DNA of 63,711 nucleotides, filler included, from Dimargaris cristalligena (taxonomy: Eukaryota), in the NCBI GenBank assembly GCA_003614675.1. It is 4 parts of 4 records of this genome, joined end to end, with 100 filler letters (N's around TTAATTAATTAA, not from the genome) between each part and the next. Parts side by side here need not be neighbours in the genome. Positions count along the whole stretch, not along the records: positions 1 to 15,898 come from ML002867.1; positions 15,999 to 31,862 come from ML002868.1; 2 more parts are not named here. One strand, written 5' to 3'. The notes under the pieces were generated by a model. That model saw nothing but the letters and a program-made list of their open reading frames with translations. It was not told where the DNA came from and did not search any database. A program made the translations under genes and the position numbers. Of this stretch, positions 11,701 through 23,671 are shown in pieces. Positions within the stretch are counted from its first letter, which is position 1, and each line of letters starts with the position of its first letter.

Positions 11701-14700
11701 AGTGGATAGATTTATGTGCCGATTGTAATCGACGAAGTATCCAACCTATTGGGCACTAACCCCAACAAATACCAGGCAAGGTGATGAGATGTGTTTCGTT
11801 TTCTTAGAGAAACGCTCTGAACCTGGGCATAGATTAGCTCACAAGATATTAACCATCGGTGGGCCATTCTAGATGGTGCTTTGGATTGCATCTGAATCAT
11901 CTATCCAATCCTACAGCACTTAAAGGGCCCTGCAGTACGTCTTTCTCGGAATATCAATGAGCCGTTTCCAATATTTTGGATCACCATGGGGTTCTTAGGG
12001 GCAATCGCCAAGGTGATATTTGATAGACCATTGGTCCCTTTCAGTACATGTTTCATAGTTGAGCCTGGTCATAGAGCTATCACTGGGACATATACAATAG
12101 AGGAGGGTGCGGATAGGCCAGTATATAGGAGCTTCAGGGTGATCCTTACCATCCTTCTAGAATTCCCTAGCGCCCTAATTCATCCTAACCCATTCTGTTT
12201 CTTAAACGAGCCAATATACCTCTGAGCTATTTTACAATGTAGGATCATAATGTAACCAATTAAGCCGAGTGGGGCCAGAGAACAGTGTAAATAACTAATG
12301 GCCGAGTAGGGCAAGTAACTAAAGAAATGAGGTAAATTAATAATTATTTTATTGAAAGACACTGGATCCTGGTCTGTCGCTCGGGACGGCCCATATTATT
12401 CCTCTGGGGTGAGGTGTGGTTCTTGTGCCGTTGGGGTGGGGCTATCTTCCTCCATGGTGGGGGATAGATGAGTCGTGACATGGTCCCTTGGTTCCTCCTC
12501 ACTCAAGTACCATGTACTGTGGGGAGGACTGACCTCTCGCCCATGAGTGGTGGATGCCTCCCCCGGTTGCAATAAGTACTGGTATAATACTGGCAGATAC
12601 CTCACCTCATTCCCAATGAATAATGAACTAAGTGCCCTGTTCTAAACGGCATATTAGAGTAGTAGGTGAATTCGAGTGCTTCTAAAAATAGCTCAGCACC
12701 TATCTCAATCAAGTCGATACCCGCCTAGTGGTTTATGAAGCACTATATGGTTATTACAGCCGAGATCCATGTCTGCGGATATATTTTGTAAAATATGTAC
12801 AAGAAGGTATACTCCTAATACACGGATGCTGGCTGGTAGTCTGGTAGAGTTGTACTACAGATTCCTGGGTTGAGTTGATACAGGTCCCGACTGAGAGTTT
12901 GGCCCAACCATCGGGGGTCGGGGGCATTGCTGGTTTTCTAGACTGCAAACCTGCCTTAAAACCAGATAGGCGAGTCATTGGGAAACCATTTAGTGTTATA
13001 GTTGGTGTCTACTGCCCAAGTCACTGTTAATGATATGGAAAAAACATAAATAATACCCGGGTGTGTTAATCAATGATAAATAATCAAAATTACTCATGCA
13101 ATTCAATACTATTAGACTTAGCCTGGCTAAGCCTTTCTGGGATGAAATGCTTTGGTGTGGCAAGTTCATCGAGAAATGTGATAAAGATGCTCACTCAGGT
13201 CTATCCATGATTATTATTATTTCAATGCTAGCTGCTGCTGCAGTTGGACTGGGTTTTTGGCTGGAGAACCATCTTTCCCTTTTAAATCAGGGGTGATGAC
13301 AACTTCACAACAATATAGGCTTTAATAAAGGTACAGATGAGAATACCCTTTGCTGAAAAGAATTGAAGAACAAACGGCTGCATAAAATGTGTTTCGACTT
13401 TGATAATCCCATTGCCAAATGCCCAAGCCAATTAGGAGCGCTGAGCTAAGAAGGTAACTAATATGCTATTAAAGGGCACAGAGTAAAGGTTGTATGCATA
13501 TAAATAAATAGGTTGAGTAGATGCTTAGGGAAAGAGGGCATTCCGAAGGTGATTAGTAGACACCCCAGGGAAATTAACTTCCTGGGCCGCATTGATAAAA
13601 TGAGAACAGCTCTAAAAACACAACCTAAAGAGTGCACTAGTGTTGCATCCACAGTCATGGTAGGGCTTAACTCCAGTCACCAAGACGATCCAGCTCCATT
13701 GGAGTCCACTGGCACAGCTGGAACTAGAGCGGCCGCTATGCCAGATAACCAGAGCGTCTTGCAGCCACCCTTGACCCGACCAGGGACTCCTTACTAATAA
13801 CCCCCCTTTTCACTATAACCGGCTGATGACCGGCTCATGCATGCATTGTTCTTGAGAGTTCGATGAAGTTCTTTCCGGCCCCTTCATTGCCTTTAGATGT
13901 TAGTTATAGGTCATATAAAAAGTGTACGGGCGTCACACCCTGATTCTTTAGTTTACTAGCGCTCGCATTGCTATCATTAAGGTTCTTACTATCAGTTCTT
14001 CGTAATAAAATGCTCATACCATTTGCTATTCTAACACTAGCTTGAACCAATCTCATAATAAATTACAATTGTTAATGCTAGATCAACCAAGGTACTTAGT
14101 ATTAGCCAAGCAGCCCATGGTGATGGACCCATGATTAGGATAGAACTACTCCCAATTGGGTAACACTTTGGTGAAGCAAAGTCTGGCAACACTACCAGAA
14201 CCAACCCCAGCATGTCCATACCAAACCCACTTCTATGTGCTATTGCCCAGATCCATAACAATGAGTGACTTAATTACACCTCCAGACTGGACTGGGGTGA
14301 AGACCCTCCACATAGATAAGGGGAGCACCCACTTGTACCCTGTCTCTGGTTGGACCTTTAATCATCCAATATAAAAGCAAGGTCTGATCTGACACACTAG
14401 TATCCTCAACTGAATGTAGACCTCCTCCATCACTATACCCAATCACTGGTTTCTGATTTTGCTATTATCTATTATATATTCCTATAGATATTGATAGCAC
14501 CACTCATTATTCATTACTAACTGTATATGCTTGCTGACTCACTCTATAATTCAATCACACATTTACCAGGGCTCAATACTACAAAAAGTAGACCCAATGT
14601 TGTCTATTTACATGTTTGATGTATTTGGTATGTGTAGTTGCCCCCAGGGGTTAAGGTAGCCAAGAGTTAGGTGTAAACCAAAGAAGATGTTTTCACAATG

Positions 14701-14797
14701 AAAAAGTTGCCACTGTGAAACCTTCCATATTTTATGTGAGTGAGAAATTAATTTAGCTGTCTAATTAACATTTTACACAGAAAAATCAATACCATAG

Positions 14798-15352
14798 TAT
14801 CACCAGAATTAACCACTCTTAGTCCATTAAGAGTCCTGAGGATAGGTTTCTAACAGTAGGTGGGGTTTAGACTCAGCTAAGTGGGCTACTAGCATTAGGA
14901 TAGGGGTGCAAGTTAATGCCAGTGATATGCAGCAGGCACACTTACTAGTTAGCACAAGGGGAATAAGTATATAGAGTTTATTGAGGTAGACTGGGGGATT
15001 TGAATAAGCCCAGGAATTGAACCAGTCCCAGTGGGGCCTAGTTATATATACACAGGGATGGCTCCAGAGGGAGGTCCCAAGGGAAATATGACTAAGATTA
15101 AGGTGCAGATAGGTAAAGAATCCAACTGGATGACTTTGCATCAGGAAGACTCTCATGGGAACTGGAAGAGTCTTAGGTCAGCAAGTTGAGTGTTTAGGGT
15201 ACTAGTATTGGGGTTGAATGGGCAGGATTAAATAATAAAGGATGCCCCCATAGTACTGGGGGTGACTATGGGAGGGTCAATATGGCACTATAAGGCCAAA
15301 ATAGGACAGGCAATCATTAGGTCTGGATTAAGTCAGATTAGGAGGGCTGACA
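14798..15352 (+). repeat. LTR-like dispersed repeat family A, copy 1
   Basis: Starts TATCACCAGAATTAACCACTCTTAGTCC, ends GATTAGGAGGGCTGACA; clearly alignable to copies at 17046, 26239, 31616, 46225 and 46855. Confidence 0.8.
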
Positions 15353-15898
15353 ATTGGTAAGAAATTTTAAAATATTAGAAGGGTAGTTTTTTTAATAAAC
15401 TATAGTTTCTATATACTAGCTACAAGATTATATATAAAAGAAAGTTTAAGTTTATTATAATTTAATTTAATATAGGAATAATCCTTTAAAAAGTAGTAGT
15501 AGACTACTTTAAAGTATTAAAAAGTAGTAGTTATCAACTTTAAAGTATTGAAAATTAATGGAAAGTAGTTAAAGAAAGCTAATTTACTACTAGTCCAATT
15601 ACCAGGCATCAATTTACATAGCATAGTTTTTTTTTAACTTTCCCAAGTCATTATTCATAGATTTATTTTAGGTCTTATAATTGAACACAGGGTTGGTGAA
15701 CATTTTTCCCTCGGTATAAAAAAAAGTCCCATCAATGTACCTATTTTCCGTTTCGATAAAAAAAAGTACCACTACATCATTTGGAACTTTCATCCAAATC
15801 ATTATATAGTTATATTGAACCTTTCCCATATGTAAATAGGCAAGAGTCACGTTGACTTCACACCTCCCCAACCTGAGTAAGTTTGTCTTCTTACGAAG

Positions 15899-15998
15899 NN
15901 NNNNNNNNNNNNNNNNNNNNNNNNNNNNNNNNNNNNNNNNNNTTAATTAATTAANNNNNNNNNNNNNNNNNNNNNNNNNNNNNNNNNNNNNNNNNNNN
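15899..15998. other. Assembly gap (100 nt of N with TTAATTAATTAA spacer)
   Basis: N run with a central all-frame-stop spacer; same structure at 31863 and 47795. Confidence 0.97.
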
Positions 15999-16828
15999 GG
16001 ATGGATTGGTTTCCCTGATGGATTCGATATAACTCAGAGTATAGAGTTAGGACCTTGGCCATAAGTAGTTTGGTGAAGCGATTCACCATTGTTTTCCAGA
16101 TTTCTTTGGCCGTCAGTTCACCATTGAGGGAGTCTGTGTACTGGTTATTCATGGTTACATGGAGCACAAATGAAGCCATTCGATCATCCTTAAGGTACTG
16201 CTTGTTTAAAGCCTTTCCCTTAGGATCATCAGTAGTTGTTGGTTCAAAACCATCTTCTACAATCTCCCAAAGATCAGATGATTGTAGGTATAGGTGCATA
16301 GACAGGGCCTAAGCAGTGTAGTTATCACCATCAAACTGGTGGGGTTGGATGTTAAGTTTAGAAAGTTTAGAACTCATTGTAAGAGTAGGTAGTAAGGTTA
16401 ATTGATGTTTAAAAGGGATGGATGGATGAGTAAATGGATAGTTGGATAGATGAATTTCAAAATGAAAGGTAGATGGATAAGTATCCAGTATGGTAGATAG
16501 ATAGTAGATGAATGTTGTGATTGAGGTATAAATGACTAGTTTATTGGAAACACACCAGGGCTCATAACCTGTTGGAAATATGGATTTGATAGTAAACGCA
16601 AGTATCTTCGAATACAACTAAAATGTTTTAAAGAAGAGAGAAAGAACCGCAAGGGGCAAGGCTAGATGCCCGCGGTAGGTTTTATTGAGTTGGAATTAGT
16701 AGTGATAATGACTAGGACGAAGTCCCAGGTATATAATGATATAGTAAAGATTAAAATATAGTCCCGAGTATAGGACAAGCCAATCAGAGTAAAGGAATTG
16801 GTGGGATGGGGGAAATGAATTTCCAACA
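15999..16828 (-). mobile_element. Ty1/copia LTR retrotransposon remnant: 5' LTR (16570-16828), PBS, disrupted gag
   Basis: LTR bounded by a perfect 10-bp inverted repeat TGTTGGAAAT/ATTTCCAACA, followed on the minus strand by copia-type PBS GGTTATGAGCCC. gag reads FDGDNYTA*ALSMHLYLQSSDLWEIVEDG...TAKEIWKTM (DUF4219/Retrotran_gag_2-like) with an in-frame stop; truncated at the gap. Confidence 0.9.
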
Positions 16829-17045
16829 CAATATCCAACACAACCCTCTTCCATGTATGGCTATTACCATAATATAATCTTATCATTTTGGGAAAGTAGT
16901 CCCAAGTGAATATGGGAGAGTGAACACCTACAGAGTAATAGTGTCTATAAAGAAACTCTTGTAGGTTGAGGATTATACCAATGCTAGCTGGCTAAGTAAG
17001 TGAAGCAGGGTATAGTGGCTCTACTTTATTAAATAGTTCTATAGC

Positions 17046-17634
17046 TGTTACTTAAGTTAACTACTCTTAGTCTATTAAGAGTCCTGAGGATAGGCTTCTA
17101 ATAGTAGATAGGGCTTGGGCTTAGCCAAGCAGTCTACTAGTATTAGGTACAGGCATGGTACTAACTAATAAAGCTTCAGTGTAGGTATAGGTATAGGTAA
17201 GGGATATACAGTGGGCATACTTACTAGTCAGTATAGAAGGGGTGAGTATATATAGGGTTTATCAGTGGTAAACTAGGGGGGTAAGAGTAAGCTAAGGAAT
17301 CTAACTGGTCTTAATAGGGTCTAGTTATATATACTAGGGATGCCTCTAGAGGGAGGTCCTAGGGGAAGGATACTACTAAGACTATAAAATAGGTAGTTAG
17401 GCTAACTAGATAGCCACTAGTATCTAGAAGACTCTGATGGTAACCAAAAGAGTCTTTGGATCAGTACTTGAGTAATTAATGTAAAGAGGTGGAGTCCAGA
17501 AAGGGAAGGGTTATATAATATAGGGTGATCCCATAGTATGAGGGGTGACCATAGGAAGGTTAATATGGTACTATTAGGCCTAATAGAGATAGACACTAAT
17601 GTATCTGGATTAGGGTGGATTAGATAGTCTAATA
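17046..17634 (+). repeat. LTR-like dispersed repeat family A, copy 2
   Basis: TGTTACTTAAGTTAACTACTCTTAGTC...GGATTAGATAGTCTAATA; heavily transition-mutated copy. Confidence 0.8.
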
Positions 17635-20325
17635 CCCCACACTTTTAATCTGACTGGGCTGCAGATATTAGGTGATTATTTATCTTTTGTTAGGTAAATG
17701 GTTATAGTAAGATGGTGATAAGGTAGGTAGGACATGGTAGTATGTAGTCTTGCATATGAACCTATGGTTCCAATGTGAACATTACCTAGGTGTATAGGGG
17801 AAGTATTCCACTCATTATAATTGATGTTGGCATACCCTTAGTTATCCCCAAGTGCCTCATTGAGATCAATTAGTTGAGTTTCAATTCCTAAATATAACAA
17901 ATAAGAACCATAAGAAGAAAGAGGAGGATTCAATCAATAAGGATGATTAGAATCATACGTCACACAGTTTGTCATGGAAAATACCCCTGTAGGGGGAAAC
18001 TCGGTTTAATATTGGCCACCAAGTCGCATTAGGGGGTGCTTGTTTAAGCCGATTGGCATCCAAGTACCAAGGACGTGTATGGTATACACATACAGTGAAT
18101 GGCATTCATATGTCACCTTGAAAAGGGTTTGGCTATCCTCTCTATCCATAATATTCGACGAATGTAGGTATATTGTATTGAGTACTGTAGGTTGTACAGT
18201 CCCTCTGGTGATGCTAATTTGTTGGATATAGATTTCAGTAATCCGTAATTTAAATATAAGGACAAATGTCGTTGCTGAATCCTATAGACCCGGTGCTCTC
18301 CTTTCGAGTTTCCCCTCGTGGGCGGGTATTCCTGGCCCCTCTCAAACCCTATGGTCAAAATATTTTTCGCAGATCTCTAGCTGATGCATTTGGATTGGGG
18401 TTACATCAGGGAATATCTATACAAGGAGTTCCCACTTTGCCCAGGCTAATATTTATATTTAGATGATGGTGTTTTCTGCTTTTCATTGGCTATTAAAATA
18501 AACGTGCAATTTTACCCCTGTTCTTCAAGAACGGTTCATTCAAAGTGGGTATTCCTTGATGACATTCTGGGTGCCATATATCCTGGCATTGCTTTACATA
18601 TCTCTTTATTTACTACCACTGTTTTTAGTATCTGGCCAGGGGCCTCTTGTGTGATACTGGACCGGCTAGTTGTAGCATCCGGTTTAACCATAAATCTGGA
18701 TGGGCTGGAATATATCTCGCACCAAGAGACTTATGTGGTGAGTGGACTTTACTGTGGTCCATATGGCCGTTACTGACTATGGTTTGTATAATAACAGCAC
18801 TAGTCTAGACCTAAGGGGAATTTTACTTGGAAACGAGAGGTCAAATTGAATGGCGACTGGGACCCAAATCTATTCTACCCAAGCAGGAAAATGGAAATCC
18901 TAATATTCGTCACTGTGATATTAGTGGATGGACTTACAATTATACGATGAGGCAATGAAGTGGCTGGGAATAGGAATCACAATTCCCAGCAACATATAAT
19001 GATTGTCGGTGCCCAGTTTTCCGAATTCATTGAATTGGGGCTAACGATGATCGGCACGGCCGAGTCTCGCTCAGTTAAACGGCTGCAGCGTATAGTACCC
19101 CGTAACTATAGATCGTAAGTGACGGCTGGAGAGAATGGCCGAGAGCCCATATGCCCAACCTCGCTGCACTTTTAGTACGCTGGTCGAAGACCTTCCTGGT
19201 GAACTCCAGACCATCCCCTGTAAAGCCCTTTCCCTCACACACACACCTTCTCTCTTGTTATATATATGCCTTGCTATCAAATTCTTAACTGTCAGGGGCT
19301 TTTCACCAGGGATCCTTAGGAATAGACAAGGCATACGTGGCCATTTGTCACAGGCTTGGTCTGAATATGTCTCTCCACCTTCCATCCAATTTACTGCAGG
19401 AAGTCTCGGCTATTTTCGGGAAAGTATTCACTTTGTTCTGTGGTATGTGATGTATGTTATCATACCTAAGACATTTTACGTCCCCATGTCTAACTGCATC
19501 GCTATTACTATTATTATGCGAGCGCCCGTGTCGTTATTGTTTTTGTATTCTTCCGGAGTACCCCAGCTTTACCACTCCACACCCTAATTGCATCTAGGTT
19601 TTAGTAACCATGGTAACCTTTTATAAAGGATGCCCTCGGTTGACGAGGGAAAGTAATAATCCCCATATCCACCCCAACTCATACCAGCACACTTCCAATT
19701 CCTTTACTTGCTCTTTTATTTACCTAAATATTTATAGGTTACTTCAAATAAACTTTTCTCAAAACAACACCGTTACCACTGAACAAAGTGCGGTTTTCTT
19801 AGGAACTCTTGTATCTTTACAATGCCTACAGACTTATCTATTCACCAATCAGTGTTATTTAAAAAGATGGTGACACGAGGAGCCATTTAAATCCGACCCG
19901 ATCAGGTGAACAGGAGAGTGCGGGGGCGTTGTATTGCTTGCTGTATATAATCCAGCCAAGAAATTTGGCGCCTTAGGGTTTGTTGAATGACGAAGGAGCC
20001 AATAATATAAGAGGGGACGCAAGGTGAAGGAGGAAGGGGGAAACTCACCCTCTAATTCCTTTTTCACGGTAACTTGTTCTCTTAGTGAGCCTTCTCTTCT
20101 AAGCCTTGTCACATTCCTATTGCCCAGCTACTGTGCCGTCTTTTCTCTGGCTCTCCCAAACCATCCGAGGACTATTTATCTTCTTTGACCAAACGACCTT
20201 GCCCATACGCTTCGTCATTCCCTCTCTCTCTTTCTCCTACTATATTACTTTAGCTAACCCTTAAACTTTGACCATCACTTCCCCAGCCCTGTTCACCTGA
20301 TTGTGTGACGTATAGACTACCCACC

Positions 20326-22050
20326 ATGCCGCGTATTGACGATTTGGTTGACCGGGCCTGCCATCCCTCCCTCACTGAGCCTGACATGGCCCTCAACCTC
20401 GACGTCTGCGACCTCATCAACACCAAGCAACAAACCTGCCCGCACAATGCCGCCGTCCGCATCTCCAAACACATTAACCACCGCAGCCAGCACGTCAACC
20501 TCCTCGCCCTGGAACTCCTCGACTTTTGCGTCAAAAACTGCGGTCACCCGTTCCACTACCAAATCGCCACCCGCGAATTCCTCGAGGAATTGGTCAAGCG
20601 GTTCCCCGACCCACCCGCCGTTGCCCCCACCCGGGCTCAGTATCGTATTCTGGAGATGCTCCAGGAATGGCGGGTCACCATCTGTCGCCATTCCCGCTAC
20701 AAGGGGGATTTGGTTAACATTGAGAAAATGGGCAACCGCATGGCGTACAAGGGGTATATGCTGCCCGAGGTGCAGGTGGACCAAGCCACGATTCTGGGTC
20801 CCAAGGATGATTTGCAGTCACCGGAGGAAAAGGAACGGGAAGATAGACTGGCCTTGGGGGCAAAACTGCAGGAATTGCTCCGCCGGGGCGGGGCCGACAA
20901 TTTGGCCGAGGCGAACCGGCTGATGAAACTAATGTCGGGTTACGACAAAAACTCCAATTTTCGGGAGGCCCGGGATTACGCCGCGGAATGGAAACAAGAA
21001 CTCGATGATATTGAACTTAATACCGGGCGGTTGGCCCATTTTGTCAAGTACTCGCCCGACCCCTCGGCGTTTGACTTTGACAACGAACCGCGGACGCTGC
21101 TCAATACGGGTCTGCGGCACCAAAAGAAAATCCAGAAACTCATCCAGGAAAACGAGGACCACGAGGATTTAGGCCGTTTGTTGCACCTTAACGACATCAT
21201 CGGCGAAACCATTGAAGCCGTGCGGTGTGTCCAGAGTGGCCAACCCGTCACCCAACTACTGGCCCACGCTACCCTGGGCCCCAAGGAACCCCGGAATGAC
21301 GGGGGCCGTGACTCTGCGCTGACGTCCATGAGTGGCAATAGCGCGCATAACCTGGCCCTTATTGATTTGGAATCCATCCTCGAAACCCGCTCATCGGCCT
21401 CCAGTGACCGCCCCCGCAGCGACTCCATGGCCTCTGGTCCTTCGGCTCTTTCGTCGAGAAGTACCATGGAACTCCGTCCATCGACCTCGTCATCCGTCAA
21501 CAACCACCTTCTCTTGGACGACCTGGTGGGCCTGGAATTCGACCGCATGTCCATCAGTTCGGCCTTTTCGACCATTTCCCAAGCCCCACTGACTAACAAA
21601 ATGACCTCGTCGGCGTATAATTTGGAACAACAGCCCCTAGGCACTGGATTAAGTGAAAGCGGTGGTATTGGTGGTGGTAGTAGTGGTGCGGTGGATACCA
21701 TATCGTCACCCATGTCCCCCACAGGGTCCACTTTCAACACGGGTTTGCAACCGCGCATTTCCGGCCGAGCCAAGAGTCAGCTGCTGCCGCGGATGACTGG
21801 TGTTATTAGTCACCAGCACAGCGCTAGCTCAGGCAGCTTTTCGGCCATGGCCACCACCCCCACTACGCCGGTATTCCACGGTCTATCCCCCGGTCCCAGC
21901 TCCTCCCGGAGTAACTCGGTCGCCTCGGTGCGGTCACCCTACGTACTGACATCGGCCAACACTAGGCCTCAGTCATCTAATCCCACGACCCCGGCCAACC
22001 CCCCTCAATCGTCGGCAGGCTCTAGTGGCGATTTGATTGATTTGAGTTAA
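20326..22050 (+). CDS. GGA-type (Gga1/Gga2-like) VHS+GAT clathrin adaptor with no recognisable GAE ear domain
   Basis: VHS: RACHPSLTEPDMALNLDVCDLIN..LLDFCVKNCGHPFHYQIATREFLEELVKRFP. GAT: AKLQELLRRG..LAEANRLMKLMSGYD, LGRLLHLNDII. Clathrin-box-like LIDLE and terminal DLIDLS. Start CCACCATG at 20326. Confidence 0.88.
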   Translation: MPRIDDLVDRACHPSLTEPDMALNLDVCDLINTKQQTCPHNAAVRISKHINHRSQHVNLLALELLDFCVKNCGHPFHYQIATREFLEELVKRFPDPPAVAPTRAQYRILEMLQEWRVTICRHSRYKGDLVNIEKMGNRMAYKGYMLPEVQVDQATILGPKDDLQSPEEKEREDRLALGAKLQELLRRGGADNLAEANRLMKLMSGYDKNSNFREARDYAAEWKQELDDIELNTGRLAHFVKYSPDPSAFDFDNEPRTLLNTGLRHQKKIQKLIQENEDHEDLGRLLHLNDIIGETIEAVRCVQSGQPVTQLLAHATLGPKEPRNDGGRDSALTSMSGNSAHNLALIDLESILETRSSASSDRPRSDSMASGPSALSSRSTMELRPSTSSSVNNHLLLDDLVGLEFDRMSISSAFSTISQAPLTNKMTSSAYNLEQQPLGTGLSESGGIGGGSSGAVDTISSPMSPTGSTFNTGLQPRISGRAKSQLLPRMTGVISHQHSASSGSFSAMATTPTTPVFHGLSPGPSSSRSNSVASVRSPYVLTSANTRPQSSNPTTPANPPQSSAGSSGDLIDLS

Positions 22051-22780
22051 TGTAACAAAGTACTTTTAGGCCCGTGTTTGTCCTTGGCTTCATTATCTTG
22101 AGTGCACAGAAGAGTATAGAGGTCGTCGAGGTTAATGCTAAGGAAGATACACCACACCTAATCACCCGGCTCGCACCTACCACCAACAACCACTTGTTGT
22201 ATTGGATTTGGGGGTTTTTTTAAAATACGATTTGGGAGCTATGTTTTAAGATGACTTGCTTTACTTGTTTTTATATATAGCGGGGATGTGCATTAGTAAC
22301 TGAGGCATTCTTTTTATTTTTATCATTATTAAATACCCCAGGGTATCTGTATTCCAATATCACTAAACAGTGGCTAGGGTAACTACGAGAAAAGACACCA
22401 CCATCAGTGTGAGTGGGAGGTGCCGTTCACATTATTGCAAGCCGATTATATTTTCTGGTAGAACATGTTGTCTGTTTTTTCTGAACCGGAAACTCTCAAT
22501 GTAGCACGAAATGACTAGAAAAGCGCGATACAGGGATAGAACTGAACTAAACAGACGAATTACATAAGCTCGGCATTCCTTACCCCATTCTTCGTTTGTA
22601 AATGGCCTAGTTGACTTATCTGCTTTTTACCTTTCCCGAACACTTTACTCGCATATTCTAGTACACCTTGCATTTAGACCATTGGTCTTTACAACGTGCA
22701 ATACGACGCCTGGGCCAACTTGACCTCTATCGTTCCCTCCCCCTAAACTATTTCCCATCGGTTTCACTTCAGCACCGACC

Positions 22781-23313
22781 ATGGCTGCTCCCGAGTTCCC
22801 GCATCGAGTCCAACTCGAAATTCCCTTCCCTTCGGAGAAGGCCGCTAGCATTGCCGCCCAGGCTCTTGCTGTTGACCGCGATCTCAGCGCCAGCCAGATT
22901 TCAAGCACATTCACGACGGAAGGCAACCAACTACACGTGTATGTTCATGGGTTGATACACCCCACCCAAATTGCGATATATTAATATACCGTGTCCATGG
23001 AACGGACGCTATGTCTTACTACCAAACCAAAGGGACTGTAGAAAACGAAAAACACTCTAGGTGTGGTATCCCTTTCCACTAGTTGGAGCGGCCGAGAGTC
23101 CTCCCCCTGTCCTCCTAATATTTCGCCAGTTTCCTGCTTATTTGAACTTCTTAATAACCTTGTATGAACTGTATAAATTAACCCCCCCGTTCCCCCCACA
23201 ACAGAGTACTAGAAGCGACGAATCTGCGCATCCTCCGCATCGCCACTAATTCATTCTTCGAAATGATTATCATGGTTACCAATACACTTGGCGAATTCAC
23301 ACCAGTAGCCTAG
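22781..23313 (+). CDS. PCC1: EKC/KEOPS complex subunit Pcc1 (LAGE3 family), 2 exons (22781-22938, 23205-23313)
   Basis: LEIPFPSEKAASIAAQALAVDRDL...EGNQLHV, then GTATGT..ACAG intron, then VLEATNLRILRIATNSFFEMIIMVTNTLGEFTPVA*. Confidence 0.88.
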
Positions 23314-23671
23314 TGCCCATTTCCAGGAACTCGGCATATACGACATGATCTTTCTGGTAATCCTGCCGGCGTACTTGGACAGTAAACTGAATAGAAGGCC
23401 ACAGTTGGAAGAGTGGGTGGCGACCGGCTTTTCAATCGAGAAAGCCACCATGGCCTTAGCCATAGCTCGCGCCCTAGCGGCATGCCTATACCAATATTAC
23501 TAAATGTAAAAGGCTTGTTCATCCAGACCGTTAAATAATATAAACGTTGACAGATTTTATTATAAAAAACAAGTGAAAAAAAAACGTGAATGGAAGAGGA
23601 AAAGCAATGTTTATTGTATATAGTATATATATACTAACGATATATATGGTTCAATTGCGAGGTGTCTTCTA

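Noticed and set aside
15487-15555. Short ~31-bp tandem duplication (AAAAGTAGTAGT..ACTTTAAAGTATT)
   Set aside because: Only two units with no unique spacers; not CRISPR-like, just AT-rich repeat debris.
15668-15871. Short ORF containing YIDGTFF, reminiscent of the MULE transposase D-G-T-F motif
   Set aside because: Single short motif next to a gap; insufficient to call.
15943-15954. TTAATTAATTAA palindrome inside N runs (also in the 31863 and 47795 gaps)
   Set aside because: Identical centred spacer in three 100-nt gaps: an assembly artefact, not biology.
18540-18720. Minus-strand IKRYVKQC resembling a Ty3/gypsy integrase zinc-finger segment
   Set aside because: Second Cys spacing and flanking RT/IN motifs not found; may be chance.
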